Assembly: GCF_001194135.2 (NCBI RefSeq)
Contig: NC_068991.1
Location: 50,323,298-50,356,201 of the forward strand
Direction: 5' to 3'
From: Octopus bimaculoides
Lineage: Eukaryota
Length of the DNA stretch: 32,904 bases
Position 1 is the stretch's first letter. Every line of letters begins with the position of its first letter. The notes below the pieces were generated by a model, which was given only the letters and a program-made list of their open reading frames with translations, was not told the DNA's origin and did not search any database. A program made the translations under genes and the position numbers. Below are positions 11,692 to 24,438 of the stretch, piece after piece.

Positions 11692-13955
11692 TCCAGACAG
11701 AAGGGATTTTGCAATAGTGTGTATTATTTCAGGAACATTGATACCTGAAACAAAACAAAGTTCTCGAGTTATGTGTAGTATTTAAATTGAAAAGTTGGAG
11801 GATCATTTAAAGACCAACGATTTATAAAAACGGCTATGATAGATGTTGCAAATATATTGCAAGAGGCTGATGCTAAAAAAAATCACAGTAGGAAGTGATA
11901 TATTTAAACACTAAATCTGAGATCTTTTCTAAATGTAAACACGCGAGCAAGTTCATCTTACGTAACTGCATATATTTATTAAAATGGTGTAGATATGTAT
12001 ATGTTTATGCTGACGTAATATGCATATGTATTCACAGGAATCTCTGTATGCTAGAACTTGTGGATTTATGCATGAGTATGTACGTATTTATGTATATATA
12101 TTTGTGTGTGTGTCTTTGTGTGCGTGTATGTGTGTGTGTGTGTGTCTGTGTCAGTGTATGTGTGTGTGTCAGTGTCAGTGTCAGTGTATGTGTGAATGTG
12201 CATGTAAATACGGTCATATGTGAATAACTATGTGGAAAGTCTTTGTTTAGTAAAAGACAATGTGGATATCAATATATGCTTTGAGGTACTTGTGTTGTTG
12301 TATGTTAGTTTTGGAATGTTTCTAATTGGAATTCTAGCTGTTGTTTGACACTGGTACTGGATGAATTTTCACCTCTTCTTAACTTTAGAGTCAAAAATTA
12401 TGGAAGCCCAAAGCTATCGCATCAGTAAAACAATACTCTTTACATCACGAAACTGTTTAGATTAACTGACTTTATTTCCTGAGAAAAAAATACATCACGA
12501 TTACACATCATCCAACTGTTTCCAGAATGATTTTCGTATTTAATTGCACTCTATGACTATTTCTATTCATTACTGCTGCTATCATAAATTTGAAGATATT
12601 ACATAATGAGCATATGAAAATAAATTTGCAATAACAACTATAAATAAAAATAATCTATTTCTTCATGAAGTAAATGTTACACTTGAATGTCAAAGTAAGC
12701 AAGACACTAAAAAATTCATCTTTTATTCACTGATATTTTTTTGTGGGGAACAGAATCAGAAAGAATTCTAGAAAAAAGGAGTGCAAACAGATGATTGAGA
12801 AAAGGTCTTAGAGATGCTCCGTTGAACATCTGCGATGAAAAATCAATTCGTCTAATAATAGTATAGAATATTATTGACCAAAATATTTTAGAAAACATCA
12901 AATAAATGATTAAGTTTGTTTGTAAGCTAGGAATAAATTTTATCGAAACTCCTCGAACCATGATAAATTTAGCGTCATACGAATTGATTGTTGCTGGGAA
13001 ATAAATTATTAAATAACGAATTCATCTTATAGCTCAAGAAGAAATCACTTAATCTTCGCAGTTGAATAGAACTTTTAATCTAAAATATTGATGCATCCAA
13101 TATATCTATGATAGTGAGATATATATATTTGTCAATAATTTATAGTCGGTCATAAAAGAAATGCGAAACCCTGGATATGCCTTACGTCTTCCTGATAAAA
13201 ATGGCCACCAGCTATTTTTAATATGCAATTAAATCATTCCTTTTACTCGAGTCTAATCAGCTAATCTTGTACATATTCGCACTTTCCTTGTTTATTCATC
13301 AAAGAAATATTTTCAATAGTTTCACAAATGGTTTAGTCCTATTTTGAATAATAACTTCATTATACGTGGTGAATATAGAGACATAATAGAATGGCCTTTC
13401 AACAAACATGGCTGCTGATTTACGCTTCTGTAGACAGCAACTGGAAAAAATTAACCAAGAATAAACAATTTTTTTTTCAGACATATGATTTTTTTGTTTT
13501 TCTTTTATTTTCCATACGGTTATCGAGATGATTCTTCATCAAGAATCTTTTGAAATTCTATGAGAATGATCACGGCTATTTTGCTCAAGGCAACTCTTTC
13601 TCTGTAGTTTATTCTATTATTTCTGCGTAACGTATTCAAGGTGGAAAAGACATCTAGACTATACTGACGAGCCGATAATCTATCACCATTCTTTAACATG
13701 GATATATATATTAAAGAAAGTATAATAAAATTAATTGTACAGATGTCCACACAATCAGCAATAATTAAAAGGTACTCAATACAAGACAGAGACGTAAATC
13801 TAATAACGAATGAAGATGAGCAAATTCGGGAATACTATTGTCTACTGCAGTCTCTTCTAGAAATAGGACTGAAATACATTTGGTAGAATATTGACGCGTC
13901 TGTGTGCGTGCGTGCGTGCGTGTGTGTGTGTGTGTGTGTGTGCGCGTGTGCGTGC

Positions 13956-14003
<48 letters not shown>

Positions 14004-14277
14004 AGATTGCCATAGCTACAAAACCTACTCTTGTTTGAAGATAAACGTGGAAGTGTCGAAGGTTGGGAATCTACATTTTTCACAACGGTCTTGTTTATCA
14101 AAAACTTCAGACAAATGAGTACAAAATTAGTCAGCTTGGTATTGGTTATGCATTCTTAATTGTATTTAAGCAGAACTCTCAGAGCTACTTACACATGTTG
14201 CAAGTTCTTCTCAATACAGTCACTAAAGCTATGATAATATTTAGAATCCTTCTGTATCTTAGTATTTGGAACCCTTA

Positions 14278-14470
14278 AAGCAGTGAACTGGCAGAATCGT
14301 TAGCACGCCGGACAAAATGCTTAGCGGCATTTCGTCTCTCTTTAGGTTCTGAGTTCAAATTCCGCCGGGGTCGACTTTGACATTCATTCTTTCGGAGTCA
14401 ATAAAATAATTATCGACTTAGCTCCTCCTCTGAAATTGCTGGCTTTGTGCCAAAATTTGAAACCAATATT
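14278..14470 (+). mobile_element. tRNA-derived SINE, family A
   Basis: gaactggcagaatcgttagcacgccggacaaaatgcttagcggc...ggttctgagttcaaattccgcc (B-box-like)...ccaaaatttgaaaccaatatt. Confidence 0.88.
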
Positions 14471-14474
14471 TTGG

Positions 14475-15516
14475 AACTCTTCTGTATCTTCAGCAAGTAT
14501 CTCAACACAACAAGCGTTTCACTCCTTAGCATGTATACTTCGACTGATAACTGGAATAGCTTTCGCTAATAGAAGGGTCTCCTCTGTAGTCTCTTGTCAA
14601 CCACAGGTAACATACCTCGTCTCAGCTGCTAGCACGACTATCTGTAGTGGTTTTGGGTTCCATACTAGTCTAGTCTTTTACAAGAATGGCTTGCTGATAT
14701 TCTTGAGAAACTGTGGTAGCCAATTTCAATGGGGAATGAGGCTGCATACCACCCCTTTGACAAGAAACTCACCAATCAAGTCCTGGTAATTTGTTTTCTT
14801 CAACCGGTAAGAAATATGAAGCTGTTCTCGCAGAACATTGTGAGTTCAGCGCCAACGGTCAGTTTTGTGACTCTGGAGAGAAGAAACCTGTCTAGCGGAG
14901 CAGTATTACTGCCCCCTCTTCTGGAAAGATGAGTCTACCTTTCAGATCTAACGGATTTCCCACAACTGCACTTTTTCTTTGGAGCCTTATCATGTTCCCT
15001 TAGGCATCTGATATCTAAGTAGGCAGTGAGGCTACTGTTTCTTGGCCTTAACTCTGCAAGTCCGTCCACTTAGCAAATTCTGTAAGGACCTTCTCGTATC
15101 CCCACTTGTATTGGTCTTCTCTAAGCCATCCCAGTCAAAATAGAGTTCAGGGCGGAAAGTGTTTCCCCACACTGTTTGCAGGATGAATCAACTTCTCTGC
15201 CCAAAATTTTAAAGTTATTTAGGGGTAAAAGGTCAACGACAGCGCACGGGATAAAGAACAAATTTTCTGAGTTAGGATTCCAAAGTTTCCATTAGGACAG
15301 AAGTTGTTCGAGCATTTGGTTCCGCCGTGCCTTCTGTCTTTGGCAGGTAAGCTTCTACGCAGCAATCTTCCTCTGTTGCTTCTCAGACTCTCTGTACCAT
15401 GAGCCTTCTCTTGCTCCTGACATTGGAATTGCTCCACTTCTTGGTGCTGGGGTTGCTAAGTCCCAACCGTCCTTGAAAGACTAATCCAACATTCTTTCTT
15501 TCAGGGGTTTCCACTT
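14475..15516 (-). mobile_element. HERO/NeSL-like (R2 superfamily) non-LTR retrotransposon 3' remnant
   Basis: Minus frames: QGRLGLSNPSTKKWS (resembles QGRAGLG...WSKA), LFFIPCAVVDLLPLNNFKILGREVDSSCKQCGETLSALNSILTG (CxxC...H..C zinc-knuckle region with His lost), QYKWGYEKVLTEFAKW (resembles RYxWRHDKVL), PIEIGY (resembles PVEVG), RASS*. Multiple lesions. Confidence 0.75.
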
Positions 15517-15588
15517 TGTGCCACGCTTTTTAGTCTTGTTGGCATGTCTGACCTTTTCATATGTATGTATCAGTTTACATGTATCTGG

Positions 15589-15692
<104 letters not shown>

Positions 15693-17663
15693 CAATTGTA
15701 TTTTATATTTACTACCATACTGGTTTTCTTTCAATGAATTACTTGAGTTTAACAAGAAGCTTATCTTCACGTCCAATTTTTATACTCTCTGCCTTTTTGC
15801 AAAGTTCGATTACTTGCTGCGTATTCTTCATATTTCATGCCAACTTCCACAACAAAACTATACATAGATTTCTATCCTTTTTATAATAGAATTGATTCTT
15901 ACATTCAGGTACTGATGTTTACTTTATGAAATGTAATGTCGATTTTAGCAGCTTCTGATTTCAGATCATAAAGAGACGTAACCAACACTGTATGGCTTTG
16001 GCCAGTCCAACGACCTAACAACTTCTGCCATGAATTTTTGTCAACTAATAACTTGAGATTATATCTCTGCTAAATTAAATGTTTCGACACTATGCATCAC
16101 ACGCTGGAATGAATTGGTTTTACTGAGGTGAAATAAAAACGAAGCATATCTATTGCTATACCTATTCGTCTTTAAAAGTAAGATCTTTTTAATCCGAACC
16201 ATTTTTATTTTCCAGAAATTTCATTTAACTGATTTTATTCGAGTTATGTTCCCTGCTTGTTTTTAGATTTTAAATACCACAAAGAGTAAGATTTTTGTCT
16301 ACTGAGTGCGTGAATAATCTTAGTGAACCAAAGTGTTTTACTGTTAGAATTTTGAATAGTTCTCTTCAAGAAGTAAAACGAGTGTTTCTTAATCGTGCTT
16401 ATTCTCGAGACATTTTTTCTAGAAAAGAGAATCCTATTATCCAAGTGCAAGGAGTATATATTAATTTTTAGCAATCATAATTGCGTCTTCGGTCGCCTAT
16501 TGTTTGCCGTTAAAACTTGGTGCAATACTACTGTTCCTGCTGGACATTGGTTAAGTAAATTGATTGTCGATATAAAGCTAAATATCAGGCGATGGCGGAA
16601 GCTACATATTATTATTAATGTTTCGCTAAACGACATACATTCCACCTCCTCACAAATATTGATCTTCATTTTTCACTAACGTCAGTAAACTTTTATTTTT
16701 TTCTTTGTTTCGTACGTCGTATAATTTAATATTTTTACTACCACACGCCATTTTTTTTTAACATATTTCCAGGGAGTCAATTGTTTGCCGGATTATGAAT
16801 TTCAATTGTTGCATTAATACAAATTCCATAAAAATTCCATAAAACCAACTTCGGTATCCGTATTATAATGAATACAGGAGATGTGTGAATTCTTAAGAAT
16901 CATGAAAAATGATTTTCATTCAAAATGTCTTTACTTCTATTGATCGATTTATCAGTAAATAAGAGCCATTTGAATTCTTAGGACCAACCATCATTTCAGT
17001 TTCCAGTTGTTTTCTCGCATCTTTGGCTTTCTGAGCCTCTTCTGTTAACTTATTGAAGTTCTGCATTCATGAATAAATAAATTTGAAATAAAAATTATAT
17101 TTATATATTTACAAAGAATATTATTTCTGTTGCAGTTTGATTGTAGTTTTATTAGTTATTGTATTTATAATGTTTTCCAACTTTATTTTAATATATTGTA
17201 GTCACGCACATACAATACTACACACTTAAACATGCATACATGTATGTATGTATGTATGTATGTTTGTATGTATGTATGCTTGTTGTTTGTTAGTTGGTGT
17301 GTATTTATAGCAATAAAATGAGATATGTAAATATTGATGGTTGTACATATTTATATATTTTTCTCTACGCATGTGTGAGAGATTTAAGTAAATATTCATA
17401 CGGGCAACATTTATACGTGTCATTCTTAAAAGTACGAAAACCAATAAGTATCTAAGTTAAGCACGTTACCAATTTATCTCCGTTCTCTGCTGATAGCGTT
17501 TAAATGTTTCGAAGTGTGCGTGTATTTGTGTGTGGAATGAACAACTAGATGCGTTTGTCTGCGTATTCATGCGTTTTGAAATTCTTTTATATATATNNNN
17601 NNNNNNNNNNNNNNNNNNNNNNNNNNNNNNNNNNNNNNNNNNNNNNNNNNNNNNNNNNNNNNN

Positions 17664-17714
<51 letters not shown>

Positions 17715-18059
17715 ATAAATACGTACACACGAGGATACTTACAGAATAAGAACCAAATAGTGAGTGAGTGAGTTCGATATTTATGCAATTACTTGTATTG
17801 AGACAAGTTATATAGCTTTTATGAGGTTCGGTAAAAGTTGTGTGTGTGCGTCTATGTGTGCAAGTGTTTTATTTTTTTAACATATTCTTAAAATTAGATT
17901 TTGTCTACTTAGAAATATTGCATGAAAATTAAGATTTGAATTTAATAATTATATATATATATATATATATATAAGACGTATATATATGAGATATATTTAA
18001 TACAATATCACATTAAAATACAAATCCAAAACCGAAGAAAACACACAGACATGAACGAA

Positions 18060-18710
18060 GAAAGAAAAAAAAGAAGAAAAAGAGGAACAAAGAAGAAGTA
18101 ATAAGAAACATCAATTCAACTCAAAGCACATCAGTTGGTCGCATACCAGTAGGTTCAACGGGACCTACTGAAGCAAGCCAACACTCTCGCAGCATTCCCG
18201 CGGGCGATGACGAGGCTAAGGCGTTGGAACAGCCAAGCACCCTAACACCTTGATAAAGCGAGCAGCTAGAGATGACAAGAACTTCGCTTTGAGTAACTTA
18301 GCCCCTCCAAACGTCTCAAACACTACAGCCTCAAGAAATTGTTTATCAACAAGTCCCGATATTTTAGGATTTTGTTCCGTTCGGCTACGGAAGCAGTGGC
18401 CAGTTAGCGTAGCATCCAGGATGTGAGGGGGAGCAAATGAGTCACAGATTGTGACATCCCAGATGAGACACCTACCTCTTAACCAGGGACAGAGAGTAAG
18501 ACCATCTGGTGTCTCTTTCCATCACTTCGGTTCCAGAACTGAGTAGGTATTGCTCCGAACCAGGTCCCGCTTAATGATTAGGTTTAGCTCGGTATGACTA
18601 GCGAAACGACCAGCATTTAGACGGCAAGACAACCCATGAAGACCTGTGGAGCCGAGCGGCCTACTACAGCGACATCTCAGTTTCTCACAGACGTCGGCTC
18701 TCATTGTCAA
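18060..18710 (-). mobile_element. CRE-clade non-LTR retrotransposon 3' remnant (CCHC knuckle + restriction-like endonuclease)
   Basis: CRCSRPLGSTGLHGLSCRLNAGRFASHTELNLIIKRDL...SVLEP, then RSDGKR/PDGLTLCPWLRGRCLIWDVTICDSFAP (PD..D catalytic motif), ending FQRLSLVIARGNAARVLACFSRSR* (stop at 18155-18157). These match the conserved CRE C-terminal motifs. Confidence 0.82.
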
Positions 18711-18839
18711 TCGAAACTTCTTGTTATGTAATATCCAAATGACTCTAGTGCAGAAATAAAATAATGTTATAGAAGCAAAATGTTCGCAACTCGTCCAAAT
18801 ATAATAAAATCAAGACATTGTATTTTATACATGATACTG

Positions 18840-19038
18840 AAAATATGAAAACATCATGTCTTTCCCACATGAATAAATGAAAATGTCACGTGTTTTGCGC
18901 ATGACAATTGAATAGATTAATCGCTTGGTTTTAATGGTTTTCTGAGGTTTTTTTTTTTTTTTTTTGTCTAGAGCCAATCAGTCCTATGACGAATTTTATA
19001 ACTGACGATAAATAAAATAATGAACACGTGACGCGTGT
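18840..19038 (+). repeat. Left arm of a ~190-bp near-perfect inverted repeat (partner 20182-20370)
   Basis: Matches the reverse complement of 20182-20370 with about 8-9 substitutions, one 1-nt indel and a poly-T length difference. Confidence 0.95.
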
Positions 19039-19547
19039 ATGTATATATAGACATGCACGAATACTTATGTATGTATATGTGTATTTATGTATATGTGTGT
19101 GTGTGTACGTATTTATGAGTGTATGTATGTGTCGTATGCGTGCATGCAAGGACGCGGGCATTGACGTTTCGCAATCACTCGGTATTTTAGACCATTGTCT
19201 TTACTATAGGCTCTCGTGAGCCATATCTTATGACTGAAATTGCGTTGAAGCCCCTCGAATGGACTATACCAGTAACCTAATGAGCTAACTTTGTCACACA
19301 CTGTCTCACGCTGATTCTGTTTCAGGATTGCACTAAAAGTTACTGTAGAGTACTAATTAACTACACTCTAATTATACTAATGAGCTGAGAGTTCAGTTCA
19401 GCCAATCAAGTGGAGTAGTCATTGTCTGAACTGATGAAGATGCATTTACTGTTTTTGTTTTCTGTATAAATGGATGTGTATACATATGTGTGTGTGTGTG
19501 TGGTGTCTATGTTTGCATGTATGTATGTATGTGTGTGCAGATGTGTG

Positions 19548-19623
<76 letters not shown>

Positions 19624-19665
19624 TGTGTGTGTGTGTGTGTGTATGTACATATCACGGTATCGACC

Positions 19666-19890
19666 AGACTATCGGACATTGTTATACATTGCTGGTCACA
19701 ATGCGCTTCGCATTGTTTCCGCTTTCGAATGATGGCAGGCTGCTGACTAGGCGAGTAGGCCAACATTCCCTTTGATCGTAAGACTATTCCCTCGCAAGTG
19801 TTAACCATTTACAGCTGAGTGGACTGGAGCAACGTAAAATGAAATATTTTGCTCAAGAACACAACGCGGATCCCGGTCCGGGAATTACCA
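19666..19890 (-). mobile_element. SINE fragment (family C) with V/Meta-type central domain
   Basis: Minus strand gttgtgttcttgagcaaaatatttcattttacgttgctccagtccactcagctg resembles the conserved SINE core gtgtccttgggcaagacactt; preceded on + by a (TG)n tract at 19555-19645. Confidence 0.55.
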
Positions 19891-20181
19891 ACAGGCCATG
19901 CGCATTCACATCCGTGTGTGTAAGTATGTATGCAGAGAGAGGAGGAGAGAGAAGGGTTGGGGATGGTCGTAGAAGAATAGAAAAGCATTGAAAGTGTAGA
20001 ATCTGATTTATTGTTTGTCCGTGTGTAAACTAAACGAATGTTGTATATCCGGATTACGGTTTCGTCCAATCGCCTTTCTGCTGACTGTACACGTCAGCCG
20101 GATGAAAAGAATTGGCATGATTTTTTGTGGTGCAAGCGGTACACGCCTTATATCTCGTACAGATGTCTCCACCCTTAACAG

Positions 20182-20370
20182 ACACGCGTCACGTGTTCAT
20201 TATTCTATTTATTGTCAGTTATAAAATTCGTCATGGGACTGATTGGCTCTTGACAAAACAAAACCCCAGAAAACCATTAAAACTAGCGATTAATCTATTC
20301 AGTTGTCATGCGCAAAACACGTGACATTTTCATTTATTCATGTGGGAGAGACATGATGTTTTCATATTTT
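20182..20370 (-). repeat. Right arm of the inverted repeat (partner 18840-19038)
   Basis: See left arm. Confidence 0.95.
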
Positions 20371-21616
20371 AGGACATTCTGTTCAGATATTGTTATTTGT
20401 CATGTTGATGTGTTTCACTTGTCAACAGAAGAGTTCGTATCCTGCCCGTCAGAACTTATAATTATCTTGTGGTAATCAAGATACTTGTCTCTGAACAGCT
20501 TAAATCAGCCATCTTAAACACAATTCTGTAAAACTGATGTGCATTTGCAGCGTTTTGCTTATTTCTTGCTGTGTGTACAACTTTGAGTGAGGATATGTCA
20601 TGGAATTGGAACAACTAGTTTAGGTATTCGTTAGTTCTGTAGTCAAGATATTGGTATTATATCACTTGATGTCACTGTGAGAATAATTTCGACTGAGATA
20701 AGGAGTTTTCTCAAAATACAGAAAAAAAAAATAAGTATCTATCATAAGTATGTCAATGGACGGTTGAATGATTTGTAGTTGACTGTAAGCGTGCGTCAAT
20801 GCTCTGGCGTTCTCGCCAACCGTAGCTGGGACAATTTTCTTCTCCCTCCGATATATATTATATTTTAAAACATAGCTCACTCATAAGATGTTATCTCCGA
20901 ACGAATATCAGAGTATATTTGCCTTTCAATGATGTATTTACATGAAGTGTGATACACAGACGGCTATTTCGATTTAATGCTGTTTCTATTGCACATAACG
21001 GATTTTAAAATACGTTATTTTCTCATGAAATTAGGAGTGCCGTTCAGAAAGCCAAACGGGCCGCAGTTGGCCCACGAGCGCTTTATATAATTTCTATTCA
21101 CTACTCTGAATGACACTCTTCTCCCCAGAAAAATTTTTGCTTTTGATTGATATTTGTTATCCCTTATTGATTTATTTATATATTTATTTAGTTGCACATA
21201 TTTCCTTGCGTCTATGAAAGAACGAAGTGTAAACGTATTTCCACTTTGCAAAGAAACAATTATCTTTCTTTATCGTAAAGTAAAACATTTCCCTTGTATC
21301 GCTGTATTACATTCCGACTGGGAAGAATCTGAATACCAAATGTCGTAAATTATCGGATTATTCTGCAGACACGTTACAAACGGCAAACTATCCGATTATT
21401 CGGAAATTATGGAGACACTATTTCAATAGTATACGGATAAATTGTTTTGTGTTGAAGTATTTCACTATTTTTGTACTGAATAAAGTTTGACGTCATTTTC
21501 GGTAAATACGCAGTCGAAGAGTTTTGAATATCAAATAACATTAAAACATACACAATGAAATATTAAAGCTGATGTGGCTCTGATCTCCGAATAACGGATG
21601 TGGTACACATTGATTG

Positions 21617-22800
21617 GGTGGTTGTGGTGGTGGTGGTGGTGGTAGTCGTCGTCGTCGTCGTCGTCGTCGTCGAAAAGAAAGGGATAGATGTGGAAACGAG
21701 GATAGGGATGGGAAGGAGAGAAATGAGTATGGGGAAGGAGAGAAATGGCGTACGGGGAATGAGAAGCTGTGAAAGAATGGGCGATGAAGGAAAATAAAGA
21801 CAGATGGCAGGGTAAATGGTGGCGGCGTAAGAGACAGAGAATAGCGCGTTGCATGNNNNNNNNNNNNNNNNNNNNNNNNNNNNNNNNNNNNNNNNNNNNN
21901 NNNNNNNNNNNNNNNNNNNNNNNNNNNNNNNNNNNNNNNNNNNNNNNNNNNNNNNNNNNNNNNNNNNNNNNNNNNNNNNNNNNNNNNNNNNNNNNNNNNN
22001 NNNNNNNNNNNNNNNNNNNNNNNNNNNNNNNNNNNNNNNNNNNNNNNNNNNNNNNNNNNNNNNNNNNNNNNNNNNNNNNNNNNNNNNNNNNNNNNNNNNN
22101 NNNNNNNNNNNNNNNNNNNNNNNNNNNNNNNNNNNNNNNNNNNNNNNNNNNNNNNNNNNNNNNNNNNNNNNNNNNNNNNNNNNNNNNNNNNNNNNNNNNN
22201 NNNNNNNNNNNNNNNNNNNNNNNNNNNNNNNNNNNNNNNNNNNNNNNNNNNNNNNNNNNNNNNNNNNNNNNNNNNNNNNNNNNNNNNNNNNNNNNNNNNN
22301 NNNNNNNNNNNNNNNNNNNNNNNNNNNNNNNNNNNNNNNNNNNNNNNNNNNNNNNNNNNNNNNNNNNNNNNNNNNNNNNNNNNNNNNNNNNNNNNNNNNN
22401 NNNNNNNNNNNNNNNNNNNNNNNNNNNNNNNNNNNNNNNNNNNNNNNNNNNNNNNNNNNNNNNNNNNNNNNNNNNNNNNNNNNNNNNNNNNNNNNNNNNN
22501 NNNNNNNNNNNNNNNNNNNNNNNNNNNNNNNNNNNNNNNNNNNNNNNNNNNNNNNNNNNNNNNNNNNNNNNNNNNNNNCTGCTGTCTTCTCTTTTATATT
22601 TTTTATTAATTTCCACCCCCTCCTACGCCTCGTCCCCTCTCCTCTCTAACACATCAAACCAAGGGCAAAGAAAATAAGAAAAATGTGGAGAAGAGAAGGA
22701 AAAATCAAAGGGAAAGAAGGAGATAAAAGAGAGGAGAAAGAAGAGAATAGGGTGGGAAGGTTGTGGGAAGAAAGATATTAGTGGAGTGTAAAAAGTAATA
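21617..22800. repeat. (GTG)n(GTC)n and purine-rich low-complexity DNA around N-gap 21856-22578
   Basis: Directly visible. Confidence 0.85.
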
Positions 22801-22984
22801 AAAGGATGTAGAAAAAGATTCGGACGGTAATGCGATGTTGCGTGCAAATGTGGAGTTCCGTGGTTGAATCCAGAGAAAGTTGCGTAAGTGTTACATGTAT
22901 AGTGTAAGTACAATAATCATAATAAAGAATAACACATAGTGTGGCAAATAAAGTATTTTATTAATGCTTTAATGGGAAGGGAAA

Positions 22985-23022
22985 ATGACTTAACGTTTCG
23001 GAGTCAGTCACTCATCAGAAAA
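22985..23022 (-). ncRNA. Degenerate minimal hammerhead ribozyme-like motif, probably in a PLE terminal repeat
   Basis: Minus strand CTGATGA-gtgactgactcc-GAAA-cgt-TA: both core boxes are intact and stem III contains the palindrome AACGTT, followed downstream by AATAAA. Stem II is out of register and stem I pairing is poor. Confidence 0.45.
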
Positions 23023-23901
23023 AGAGAACAGTATAGGAAGAGTATGAAAAAGAAGAAAAAAAAGTCGAAGGTTTATAAACCAGGTGTAAATACTGTTATA
23101 TAAGGGATTAAAAAGCGAAAAGATGCTGGTATAAGGGAGTATCTGTAAGCGGTGTGCGTTCATGGGTGTTTATGTGTGATGTATGTATGTGTAAAGAGGT
23201 GTGTAAGTGTGGAAATATAATGCCTTTTGTTAGTAAGGTTGTTGATGCGTGAGTATGTGTGAGTAGTCGTTAGGAAAGCATGTATATGAGGATGTGGAAG
23301 TTTGTGCAAGTGTGAGGGAATAAATTAATTGATGAGACACATGGAATAACAAGAGCAAAATGGAAGGTGCTATTAATATGTGTATGTGTGTATAACAAAA
23401 GTACATAGCAATAAAATATTCATTAACAAAGAGGGACGGCTCAAAGTTATATATATATATATATATAAACATATACTCACATGCACTCACGCGAGCACAC
23501 ACACACACACACTCACGCGCGCGCGCGCACTCACACACACACACAAGACACTGTATAAGTACATACATATATACAAACATACATATATGCATTTTGACCT
23601 TTGATATATATGTCCTGTTTTGTTTGTTTTTTTGGCGCGGGTCCGAGTGTAACTTTATTTAATTCTTCATTATATATCATTATATTACCACTCCAGGCAG
23701 TACTCTAGCATGGCTGCATCCCAACAACTGAAACGAATAAAAGAATTAAAAAATATGCAAATTTACGTCCAATTCTACAACCCAATAATAAGCAATTGAT
23801 TGAAAAAAATTAACCAAATTCTGTCAACTTTTTTGCTATTTGGGGGTTTCGCCACGTCCATCCCCAGCCTGCAGTTGGTTGCTAACTAATCAAGCGCATG
23901 A

Positions 23902-24121
23902 AATATTGGTTTTAAATTTTGGCACAAGGCCAGTAATTTCGGGGGAGGGGTAAGTGCATAGATTACATCGACTCCAGTGCTCAACTGGTACTTATTTTAT
24001 CGTTCCACAAAAGATGAAAGTCGACCTCGGTAGAATTTGAACTCAGAACGAAAAGACAGACGGAATGCCGCTAAGCATTTTTTTCCAGGCGTGCCAATGA
24101 TTCGACCATCTCTCCGCCTTA
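23902..24121 (-). mobile_element. tRNA-derived SINE, family A
   Basis: Reverse complement of the family A head and body seen at 14278 and 24439. Confidence 0.88.
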
Positions 24122-24253
24122 AGTGTATGAAATATTAATACATGAACGTTAGAGTATTGAGCAGCAAATAAAGAAAATACAATTACTTTTCTTCCAAACT
24201 TTTCATTTCGTACGACTTTGTCCTGGTAGAGATAAATATACGGGACACAGAGA

Positions 24254-24417
24254 CACTAACGTAGCTGCAGGGGGAGGCAAAGGCGGTCCGCCCCGTGTGA
24301 CACTTTTAAAGGGGCGGCACTTTTGAGTCTTCTGTAGACAATATGTGTTTTTTGTGGAGTCCGGGGGCACAAACGGAAGGTCCGCCTTGGGCGGCACACA
24401 CTCTAGCTATGCTAGTG
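24254..24417. mobile_element. 164-bp MITE, possibly hAT-type
   Basis: Imperfect 13-bp TIR (cactaacgtagct vs rc cactagcatagct, 11/13); flanks cacagaga / cacacaca match at 6/8, consistent with a decayed 8-bp TSD; GC-rich interior. Confidence 0.55.
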
Positions 24418-24438
24418 CACACACAGCACCAACTCCCT

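Noticed and set aside
12740-12990. Stops rescued by A-to-I editing (UAG/UGA/UAA to Trp) to give one long ORF
   Set aside because: No homology supports Trp at those positions and no pairing partner is evident; this is speculation only.
10923-13886. Several 60-105 aa non-repeat ORFs (10957, 11245, 12716, 13520, 13698)
   Set aside because: No recognisable domains or consistent splice signals; such lengths are expected by chance in AT-rich DNA with alternative starts.
21055-21082. cgggccgcagttggccc, resembling a hAT subterminal motif
   Set aside because: No TIR partner or TSD found; too short to call.
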